Assembly (NCBI GenBank): GCA_965153455.1
Contig: OZ234494.1
Span: 12,710,001-12,774,000 of the forward strand
Length of the DNA stretch: 64,000 bases
From: Sphagnum compactum
Lineage: Eukaryota
Reading direction: 5' to 3'
Of the stretch, positions 27,201 to 37,800 are shown one piece after another. The notes below the pieces were generated by a model, which worked only from the letters and a program-made list of their open reading frames with translations, searched no databases and had not been told where the DNA came from. How positions within the stretch are numbered: position 1 is the stretch's first letter; the number at the start of each line of letters is the position of its first letter. The position numbers were made by a program, and so were the translations under genes.

Positions 27201-30200
27201 CAGACCATCACCTTCATCACAAATAGCAGTGACAAGCTGCCATGACTACCCACTGACTTCATCAGCTCCTGACAGTGGGTGTAAATGAGTACATAATAAT
27301 CAGCCCAAAATCTGCGCAAACCATTACACAAAATCTGTGCCCTGCACTTCTGTCACATTTCCAGAAGCAACAGGAAGACTCAGTCATGATGTTGGCTAGC
27401 ACTCAAGAGACGATTGCATGCATGTAGATCACCACAGGTGGCTGTGTTCATGACAAACCTTGATAATTCATCAACCCTTTAATGCATACCACTGACTTAG
27501 ATCTCACAAATATGACATCAATGGAACACCTCAAAGCTCTAATGTTCAGCTCGGATAGAAAATTGCCTGCTAGACATTAGAACATGTTCAACTCTAAACC
27601 TTCCCAAGATCACCACAACCTCTCTAACAACATGTCAGTGACAACCAATCTTCCCCCACTCATCAAATCCTGCAGGAAATTAGTGAAAAAGCATCAAAAG
27701 GTTGATGGGAACGATCTGAACCATGCAAAGCAAGTTCAGTTACAACAATACCAGCACTATGAAGCACCCAGCAAAGAAGCAAGTACCTCATAAACGATAC
27801 CATCAAGTGCCATAGCATTACTAGCTTCTTCCACTGTTCGCATCTCCACAAAAGCAAAACGTTTCTCTTGGTTTATGTATACATTGACAACCGCATCACC
27901 TTGGGGAGGAAATCAGAATTTAAGTCAGCCTCATTGATGTGATGATCACACTGGAACGTAGTTACAGTGAACGATTCTGGTTCTACAAGTACCCCAACTA
28001 TTAGTAGCAAACTTTTTCTCAATGCTGGAATTTCAAAATTCACAATTGTGTTTCTCATACAGCAATTAGTATGATGGCTGCTCTGACAACCACCAAACAC
28101 TGCAAGTTCCAGCAACAAGTTGCCATTGCAAGAATGATCCAACAACTGGCAGTCAAACTCAACAAGTATCAATAAAATGCATGCAATTAAGACACCTATT
28201 GTGAACATGCTTCCATAAGTTTCAAGAGTACCTGGACCAGCAGTGTTGGCTCCAACAGCAGCCATTACTTGACTGAAAAAAGTAGCAACTGATTGCTCAT
28301 TTGCCATTGGGGGTAGACCTCCCACATACACCCTTCGGGCATGTCTTGTTGCCTGCATCCAAGTTATCCTCATTTAAATACTGTCGCTAGGGAAGAGAAC
28401 CTAATGGTACACCAATACAAAGCATTCCAAACTACCAACTTAGTCATGAAGGAAAGTACTTGGGTGCCCCCGGCAAATGGAAACATTGATGGAAACACTC
28501 CAGGCATGGGATTGCCCATGCCAGGGATCTGACCTGCACCAAGGAAATTGAGTTATTAGAGGAAATGAGGCACCACTTATAACACATCCACCTGCATGCA
28601 CGCCTTGAGAACTAATTTGCCAGGGCACCCAATCAATAGTGTCAACAGACAAAAACCTGCAAGTTTTTAGTGAAAGGCCTGGTGCCACAATATCTTGTCT
28701 CTGCTATTCCCACATGAATGAGAGTGCTAAGCTACATTGAACATGACCACAACAAACAACATACCTAGAGGTGAGAAGCCACTTCCAGGACCTGCTGCTG
28801 ATGGTGGCAGCCCCCCTGCGTGCGGGTTGAGCATTGAACCTAATCTCATGCATTGTCAGCCAGTATGCCAGATTCCAGAAGGCCTCTTTTTCTTGCTGAC
28901 TAACAAGAGTCCACTGGAACCTCTAAGAAGGACGAATGTTTCCACCCAGGAACTATGATTGCATAAATCCTTGTGCATAAATACTTTCTGATGTTGACAA
29001 CTAGTGTAGGCCAAAGTTCCTGTTATGGGAATAACAAAGCAAATAACTCCGGAACAAAGAGAAGCATGCTGAAATGCACCACTAAAGGGATGCCCCACTC
29101 CCATGTTGTACAAACAGGCCTTCGCAGACACGTTCCTTGAGAGGCACAGATGATTACGAAGCTTGTAGTGATGCCATTCCGCAACCACAGAGAAAATAAT
29201 CACACAGACAAAAACCAAGACACATCCAAAAGAAACACACAAACCAGCAAACAGCACTCTTCAGTGTCCACCCTTGATGATGCAACAACATACACAATTC
29301 AGCTTGAATCTTACCTCCAACATCCTCACCACTCTATTTCACAACAGCTCACAATCTCTTAATAATTGAACTGAGGATCTTTTCACCCTCACCACAAAAT
29401 AGCAATCAAAGCTAACTCTGAGAACAGCTATGAACTATCTGTAGGGTACATAAGACATTCTGTAAGCATGCATGCAATGAATGTGCACACTGACATCTGC
29501 AGTATACTCTCTTCCTGATTCCTGAACAAGCTATTACTGATCCGGTTCAAGGACTAGTGGGAATGGCTTTTGCTATAAAGCCCAGATGCATTGAGAGCAA
29601 TGAAGACTGACACAGTAAAACCAAACAGTTTACATACATTACTATGGAAGTACAAAGATAGTACATGAAACTTTGTTGAAGTAAAGGAAAGTTACCCGAG
29701 AAAGTTCACTAACAGGGGCAACAAAGAGAAACTAAACCACATGTATAGACAGCATGCCCATTGACAACCCTTGCTATCCAGCCAAAACAGAAGCATCCAA
29801 AGATTGTGTACCTGGTATTGTTGTTGCTGTGACAACATTGGCACCAGGGGGTGCCATATCAAAACCACTGGTGCGTTTTCTGATCAAGATCAAGACACAC
29901 AACAAACAACTCAGGAAAGTACACTCAAGTGGTAGATAACTATGAGATTGCCAATGAATCTCCACAACAACATTGAAAGGTACCATTCTGTCAGTTCCAG
30001 CAAACCCAGAACTAGCATGACAAGAATAGTGCTGTCATAACCTTATGAGTGTCACTAACAATATGTCAGACCATGAACATCATCACAAATAGCAGTAACA
30101 AGCTGCCATGACTACTCACTGACTTCATCAGCTGGCAACAATGGATGTGAATTCTAAGTATATAATGTTCCACACAAACCATCTGCATCCTGAGTTTCTG

Positions 30201-32366
30201 TCATATATAGAAGCAACAGGAAGACTCAGTCATGACATTAGCTACCACTAAATTGCTAATTAAAAAGTCAATAGTATCCTCATTAAAGCTGCACCAAGCT
30301 TGTGATAGTAAGCTTTGTTTTGTTTTAGTTTGTCCCTGAACAAGCAAGCTTCTAAGCCCAAGGCATAGAGGTTCGGTACACCATGACCAACTGAAATTTG
30401 TGTCATTTGAGTGATCTGACCCTCACCCCAAGAATATATTGGAGTGGTTGCTCTTCAAAAAGAGCAGGGTTTTGCAAATGCTAACCAAAAATATAAAAGA
30501 TCACATCTCTGAAAGCTAGATTTTTTCACTCATGTACCTTCGCCGATCCCCAGAGGGTGACCGAGAACGAGAACGATGATCCCGAGGATGATCTTGGGAT
30601 GCTGAGTGGTCTGATCGATGCCTGTGCCTTCGCTCTCGATCACGCTCATGCTCCTGTCGCCTGATGAGATACTCCATACCCATGCCAACAGACAACAAAA
30701 TAAGCCGACAGATTATGTCTGAAACACCATTGAAAGATACATAAATAGGCAATGTGGAATTGCCCAGACACTAGCAATCAAAGCATTGCTGACCTGTCTC
30801 GATCACTCCTATCTCCTCTGTCACTATCTTCATGGTGACGTCGATCCCTCTCACCTCTGTCTCTAGCACGATCACGATCATCTCTCGAATGCCGATCTCT
30901 ATGTCCATGGCCACCCGCATCACCTCTGCCTCTGTCCTTGCTCTTCTGACTGTCTTCATCAGGGCGCTGCAAAGACAAAATAGACATTCAAATCAAAGGA
31001 CAAAAAATATTAACTGCACAATCAGCTAGAATCTACTTGATTTTGGACAGGCTCTCATAGCTTGTCATCTCAGGTTGCAAAACAACTGGTCCTCAGTCCC
31101 CTACTCATTGCTTGAGCTTGGAGTCTTTACTTGTGGCAGATGATGATTTAGTCAGGGGGACAATCAAGGTATCATGACGCCTCTCCAATGTTTGAGAAAC
31201 ATGTGATGTGACAATTGCAATTGCTGCAGCAACAAGAATGACATCAAAGTAGCCATCATCAGAATGCTGAATGAAGCTTTGAAACATAACCCCTACATCA
31301 TTTGACACTAAAGACACACCAGAACATTTGTGAACACCCTCATGAAACCCTAACACAGGATACCGCAAAAGTTCTGGGAGATTTCTGGACCTCATCTCCT
31401 GCTCATTTGACTCTGACCTGTTGAACCCTAAATACTGTCAGGATTGGGAAATCAATCCCACAACTGATAAACACTACATTGCGCATGCATCCAATAATAG
31501 AGCCAGAACCAACTAGAGCCACTGTGATTTTCTGAATTTCGCCCAAAATGTCTCAACCGTGCCTGAATACAAACCCTTGCAAAAGAGACTATCCCTCTGT
31601 CCCTGCTCTGAGCTTATCTTCTTGTTATATAGCCTCAGTTCTTAAGGAAAGCGTTTTTTGGCTCCACACAGGAGGCATCTAGGCCATGACCTTCAGAGGC
31701 TATGTTACAAGACCATTGCTTTGAACCTGTAAAGGTTACACATGGCAAAGGATAAGCAGTCGTGCTTCATATCGACCGCAAATATCTGGTGGAGGAAACA
31801 TCGATTCCATGTGGCCTGACCTAATTTCACATGTAGCTATTGAAACAGAAGATGCTAACCTCCAGCCAAAGACAAGACAAGAGAGGAAACCTAGGCAGAC
31901 TTCATCGCAACCAATGACACGGAATTTGCAAACAGGCGCACAATGCCTACCCTAAAAGATCCCTACGGACCGGAATCCCGAACAACACAACGACGAAAGA
32001 CCTGGCAACTCAGAATTGCTACGAAAAGACGCAAACCACGGAAAACTCCTCAATCCCTGCTCCTCTTCGTCCTTCGGACTGTCGGTTTCGAAAATAGGTC
32101 TCCATTGTCAATCAGGGGAAGGAAAAAAAAAAAAAGAGAATTTCGCATCGGCGTCCAGCTTTCAGATACAACAATTTTTTTGTTTAACACTTAAACGTAC
32201 GTACCTCCCTGTAACGATGGCTACCATTCTCCCTCCCGTCGCTCGCATCCACGGGGGTTCCGTCTCTTGCACTATTGTCTTCTGAACGTCTTCGAGATGA
32301 TCTGGAACGCGGCAGTGGTGAATCAAGCAAATCCGCCGCATATCTGTCATCCTCTCCCCCTGCCAT
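24234..32366 (-). CDS. U2AF65: Splicing factor U2AF large subunit (RS domain, RRM1, RRM2, UHM)
   Basis: 16 phase-consistent exons: 32366-32205, 30966-30794, 30660-30538, 29879-29812, 28533-28460, 28352-28232, 27899-27787, 27066-26951, 26765-26667, 26371-26296, 26125-26037, 25701-25638, 25390-25220, 24869-24788, 24633-24566, 24371-24234. Motifs RKRTSGFDMAPP, ATRHARRVYVGGLP, VRRPSDYNP, EYEEILEDMREEC and HGRKFGGNTV. Confidence 0.95.
27160..27405 (-). ncRNA. Candidate intronic structured RNA, copy A (U2AF65 intron 7), with box C/D-like motifs
   Basis: Paralogous to 30028-30250. The sense strand has GTGATGA, CTGA and a 3' ATGA, terminal stem TGAGTGC/GCACTCA and internal helix TCATGACT/AGTCATGG. 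It ends about 95 nt before the 3' splice site. Identity is inferred only. Confidence 0.45.
30028..30250 (-). ncRNA. Candidate intronic structured RNA, copy B (U2AF65 intron 3)
   Basis: Same conserved blocks as copy A, with terminal stem TAGTG/CACTA and helix TGTCATGACT/AGTCATGGCA. It ends about 150 nt before the 3' splice site. Confidence 0.45.
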
Positions 32367-32599
32367 TCCGATCTCCTTTTTATCCTTCTCCTTGTTCTTC
32401 TTCTTCCACGCAATAAATCAAAGACGAGATGAAACCCTTCTTCCTCCCCCCTCCTTCCTCTTTCTTGTTATCGCCGAGGAAAGAGGTTTGTACGCAGGTT
32501 TCGTCTGCAAAGCTGCAAACCTTCAAGCACGGCGGCAACAGTCGTCAGCTGGGCCGCGGCCGCGGCTTGTAGGTTTTCCAACCTGGAAATTTGACGTAG

Positions 32600-33020
32600 G
32601 GATCAGTATGGGTTTCATTTTATTTTATTTTATTTTTGAGTGGCGAAATTCTGCATTCTGGCGACAAAAAGTAAAAGCCAGTGCGACTCATACAGCGGAT
32701 GTTTGGGAAAATTTTGGCTCATAGTCGCCAGATTTGGATAAAACGAATCTGAAATTGCCAGATTTACACAAAAGGTTCCAGAATCTCGCCAAAAATTCCG
32801 AAATTGCCAGATTCTGACAAAGGTTCCAGCATGCGGCCAAAATTTCTGAAATCGCCACATTTAGACAAAAGCTTCCACCACATTGCCAGATTTCTGAGGA
32901 AAAAAAATTCTGAAATCGCCAGATTTGGACAATAGGTTCCAGCATGTCACCAAAACATAGCAAGATTCCTAAATTTTGCTACTTTCCTCTGTGACCTATA
33001 GCCAAATTTGGCTAAATCCC
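32600..33020. repeat. Dispersed repeat with internal ~50-bp subrepeats, upstream of U2AF65
   Basis: Repeated GAAATYGCCAGATT...AAGGTTCCAG units at 32750-32945, ending near TAGCCAAATTTGGCTA. Related motifs occur near 6850, 22490 and 56450. Confidence 0.65.
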
Positions 33021-33093
33021 CTCTAGTCCAAATGTCTAATAACATTTGAACAATCTCTTCATCGTTGAGCGATATTGGTTTTGCACAATGTTA

Positions 33094-33391
33094 CAATAAA
33101 CCCCTTTTATAATCACACTCATTTTAGTCACATTTCTTTGTTTGTGTCTCACATTTTTATTTTTTTTGGTAATCATCCATTTTAGTAAAACCACCATTCT
33201 TTATTTAAAGTCCCTATCACATTTGTTAGTAGCACAAAATATTTGCAAAGCTTTCTTTGTAAATGTGACTATAATAGGAGAAATTTAAGACAAATATTAG
33301 GGTTTTGTAAATTGTAGATTTTTTGGCAATGTTAGTGTTGCTTTGTGTTCAAGTTGTGCAAACTAACAACAATGAACCTAATTTAAAATTT

Positions 33392-33430
<39 letters not shown>

Positions 33431-34810
33431 CTAGTCCAAACAAGCAAAAGATATGCGAACTTGCCAAGCAAAAAAAATTAATTCAAAAAATCTAGTTGAC
33501 AAGATCCACAAGCTAAGCTAATAGTTGAAGAACTCCAACTCAATGTAAATCGTCACATTAAAACCAATAAAAATCACAACCTTTTTCAAGTCTAGGAATG
33601 CATAATAAAGTTTAGAATAACCCATGTATAAAATTTGAACAATTGGCACCTTTATTCTAACATAAAAAGGTTGTTTTGTAAATTATTTTCCCTTATAGTC
33701 GCAGTCTTGTAAGGGTTTATATGGAATGTGTCATTACATATAGTAAAAGACGTCGGGATGTTAAATGAAGCTTCTTGAATCCGTCGGGATGAAATGAAAC
33801 TTTTCATCCATCCGTTCGTCATCCATCCATTCATCCGCATCCGTTCGTCATCCATCTCGTCATCCGTCCCGTCATCCATCCAAATAGAACAAATATATAT
33901 TTTTAAAAGGGAAGAACCTGAAAAATAAAAACAAAAAAACACTTTAACAATTAGAAACTTTTTGTAAACACTTAAACATGAAACAAAAAAGGGAAATACA
34001 GTAAAATAATCTTAAAAGAAAATTAAAAAATAGATGACAAAAAATAATAAACAAAACAGAGAGCAAAAGAAAGAGAAAAAAAACCATACTTGAAAGGAAA
34101 ATGAGGTTTGTCTTCTTTTTCCAAACTTCAAACGTGCATGTAATCAAACAAAAATAAAAAAAGTTTTTTTTAATTATTTTTATTATAAACCATATTAGAA
34201 AAAGTAGAATTTTTTTGGAAAAGAAAATAGAAACTAAATAAATAAATAAACGCATAAAAATAAAAATAAAATGAAGATAGACAAAATAAGAATAGAAAAA
34301 ATTAAAACATGAAACAAACATAAACAAAAAAAAGTAAAAACACAAAAACAATAAAAAAGGAATGGAAACAAATGAAACAAGGAAAGGGAAATACAGTAAA
34401 ATCATTTTAAGAGAAAAAAAAATTACAAAAAAGAGGAAACCAAATAAAGAGTAGAAAATAAGAAAAAATAAAACTTATAATAATGAAGAAAAACCCTACT
34501 TGAAAAAGAATGAGGTGTGTCTTCTTTCTCCAAACTTCAAACTTGCATCCAAATAAACAAAAATACAAAAGTGAAAAAGAAACACTTTATTTTCATTATA
34601 CAAAATAATAATATAAACAAAAAACACATAAAAATAAAAAATAAAAAAGATAAAAGTTTTTTAAAAAACTAAAACATGAACCAAACATTGTTGAAATAAC
34701 ACACCTGTGCATTAGGCACGGGGTTCAAACTAGTACACATTTAAATCACAATTTGTTAATGTCACCAAAAAAATGGTCACCAAGGGCTTGATTATAAAGG
34801 GGGTTTATTA
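33094..34810. mobile_element. pogo/Tc1-mariner-like MITE interrupted by a Helitron-like insertion
   Basis: AATAAACCCCTTTTATAATCA (33095-33115) and TGATTATAAAGGGGGTTTATT (34789-34809) form a 21-bp inverted repeat with 1 mismatch. The left end reads TA|CAATAAACC; the right TA is not intact. Confidence 0.6.
33731..34733 (+). mobile_element. Non-autonomous Helitron-like element, about 1 kb
   Basis: 5' TCATTACATATAGTAAAAG; 3' hairpin CCTGTGC-ATTAG-GCACGGG (34704-34722) followed by CTAG|T; no TSD. The body is A-rich with CATCC repeats. Confidence 0.65.
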
Positions 34811-37800
34811 TTATTATTTTTGTGTTTTAGTTTCATTTTATCCCTTGTGTTTTCACCTTCCCACTTTCTTCTAAAGTTTTAAAAAAATTATCTAATGTTT
34901 ATGTGTTGTTTTTCAAGTTTTTTTTTGGTTTGTTTGTTCACACAATTTTCCCTTGGCACATTGCCTTTTATGTTCACACACTATAGTTGCAACTATCTAT
35001 GTATTCTTTTCATAGGACTATCAATGTCAATTTACAATTCTAGTGTTTTTATGATTTTCTTTCCTACTCACACAAGGTTCTCACTAATGCATTTTTGCAC
35101 AATAGTTGAAACATTATGCAATCCTCATGTTCTTGTTCTTTCATGACTTGTTTTGTTGTTCACACGATTTTTCTACAAGCAATGAGGATGAAAATAATCT
35201 TCATTACAATTTTCTTTTTGTTTGCAATGTTTGGAAAACAAGCATTACATCATTATACAGCCTTTCATTCTCATGCAAAAAAACTACCCTTTCCTTTTAA
35301 ATTTATGCGCTTGTTCATTGTGTGTTTTGTGTTGTTCCCTTGCATTGTTCAACCATGATTATTCCATTAATGGTTGTCGAAAATGATGTTGTGTCAACAT
35401 GTCTTTTGTGTTTTTTGTTATTTTGTTACAAAACTTGTTACATATATTTGATTTGGTACGTTTTTTTAAATTTTCAACCTAACTTCATAGTTGTAACCAA
35501 TTGGTAGATTATTTGTACTTTTATGTATCTCCATCGTCTTTGTTTACATCCAAACACAAGTTTGTTTTGCAAAAAGATTGATCATTGGGTTAAGTTGAGG
35601 TTGATAACGCGATTTCCAATATTTCTTATTATGGAGTATGACAATACTGTTGGATGCATAACTTTAGAATGTAGAAACAGACATTGTTTGATATTGTTGA
35701 TCAACTAAAGCTTCACATTCATAAGCATGACACAAAATACATACTTGTTATTCAATTGAGGTGCAAGTAGCTTGTGTTTTCTATAAACTTGTTCAAGGTT
35801 GTAATCTTTTAATTTGTAATGAATTGTTTATTGTGTGTTGATCTACTATTTTTTTTTTTGTAAAAGAGGTGATCACTACAATCAATTTTGTTTTCAAAAA
35901 TTCATTGTTTAACTTACTAGAAGCAAGATGGAAGTTGTGATGCAAGGATTCAAAATATTTTGTGGTCTCCCAAGTATACGATCCTTTCAATGAAAATTAT
36001 TGTTATCAAAATATTGGATGATATAATGTAGTGTGTCAAGTAATCATAGATGAGAGAGAACATTTTATTAACCTATTTGTTGATCTCCCAAGTAGGGTCA
36101 ATGACTCTATAATTCCTAGGAAGTTTGCATTTTACTATCAAGCTTCATATCATGGGTTTTTTGTGTAGAGAGAGGTCAAGAAAATGTTGAACCTTACTTG
36201 CTAAAAATAAAGGTTACACCATTTTGTCATGGCTCATGACATTGCACAAGGATGGAAAGAAAAACATTCTTGAGATTTTGTACAACAATAAGCACAAATG
36301 AAATTGATTTCTCATGGAAAAATCTATTTGGCATCTTCAAAGAAACATTATATGAGTTGCACAAGCAAACAAATATGCACATTGCCATTGTGCCTAACTT
36401 AATTACTTTATATTTGCTAGAAATTTTTGTAATTGATCGACATGAAACAAATGTTAAAAATATATATAAATAACTAGTTATAAAAACGTTGTTCTTGGAT
36501 AAAATTTGCATAAAAAATACCAAACAAGATTATAATATGGAAATGGGGAGGGTCTAAGGTCAAACATGATTGAAGGGCAAGAAATTTCAAGTGAACATAA
36601 ATGGGTTGAACTAGAAATCTGTCTTGGAAGTTAGAAAAACTTGGCTTGAGTTCATCAAATTGTCATAATGAGCAAGTATAGTACAATCGTTTTTTCCTCA
36701 TTTTTTTCCCTTTTATGTATCTCTATATATGTACATTTATATATCCATGGACTAAAATTTCAATCAATGTTTTAAATAATTTACTTAGTTTATAAGTAAA
36801 CAAGTTGGTTTGAGTTCATCAAATTGTCACAATGAACTTTTATTTATCTCTAAAATAAACAAGTTAATGTTTGAACATTTTAACTCTTGAAGAATTAAAA
36901 TCCTTGAACATAATCAATTGCCTTTGGAATTCAAAAATGTATTGTGAACCCATCACCATGAAGTTTACTCAAAATGGACCAAAAATAAAATATATATGTA
37001 TGGGGTTTGGAAGTAGTGTTCAATTTAAAACAATAAATGTTCAATTTGGTAGGGTAGATTTTGGAGCTTAAAATCAATAAACATAACTTGGTTGCCTCTA
37101 GAGTTCCAAAAAGGATTGTAAAGTTCAACTTGGTGCATCCATATCTTTGTAGATCATTCAAAACAAAACAAAAAATGAAACAAATATGGGACCTAAAAGT
37201 TGGGGGGGTTTAATGCATCTTTTTCATGTTTCAACATATTCATTCTCTTCCTATTTCTTCATTGTTTAATTGCCTCTATAATTCAAACATGTATTTAAAA
37301 CCTCCACGAAAAAATCCATAGCCATCAAAATCAATAGAAAAAGACGAGATTAAAATATATGGATATGTGTTTGGCTATTAGCTTGTATTATTGATGGATG
37401 TGTTTACCCTTTATATGTACTTCTATTTATCTATGGAGAATATTTTAAGGTTGAATGCATGGTTGAATGGTTCATTTTTGATAGATAAACATTCCATACA
37501 AGTCCATAACAAGTTTTTTAAAATGGTCAAATGGACATGGTTATTAATTTTTAAGATTACAATATTTTAATCATTGATAGCTATCAAATGTTCATTCACC
37601 TATGAAACTTCTTAAACCTATGTCAAAACCTATATATCAAAAATTGATGATGTCATCTATTATGGTGGATGCCATTGGGAAATCCTAAAAGGAAAACCCA
37701 TAAAATCCATATGAATGAAGGCAAAAGTAGATATTTTAAAAACATGTTCAATAGGCACAAACATTGTGAAAAATAAAAAAAAATCATTTCAAAAAAACTT

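Noticed and set aside
27255-27266. CTGATGA in the duplicated intronic element as a hammerhead ribozyme core
   Set aside because: No downstream stem II plus GAAA in either copy.
33944-34405. Phe/Leu-rich 'membrane protein' ORFs here and at 12548-12875 and 62428-63278
   Set aside because: These are artefacts of translating A-rich repeats on the opposite strand.
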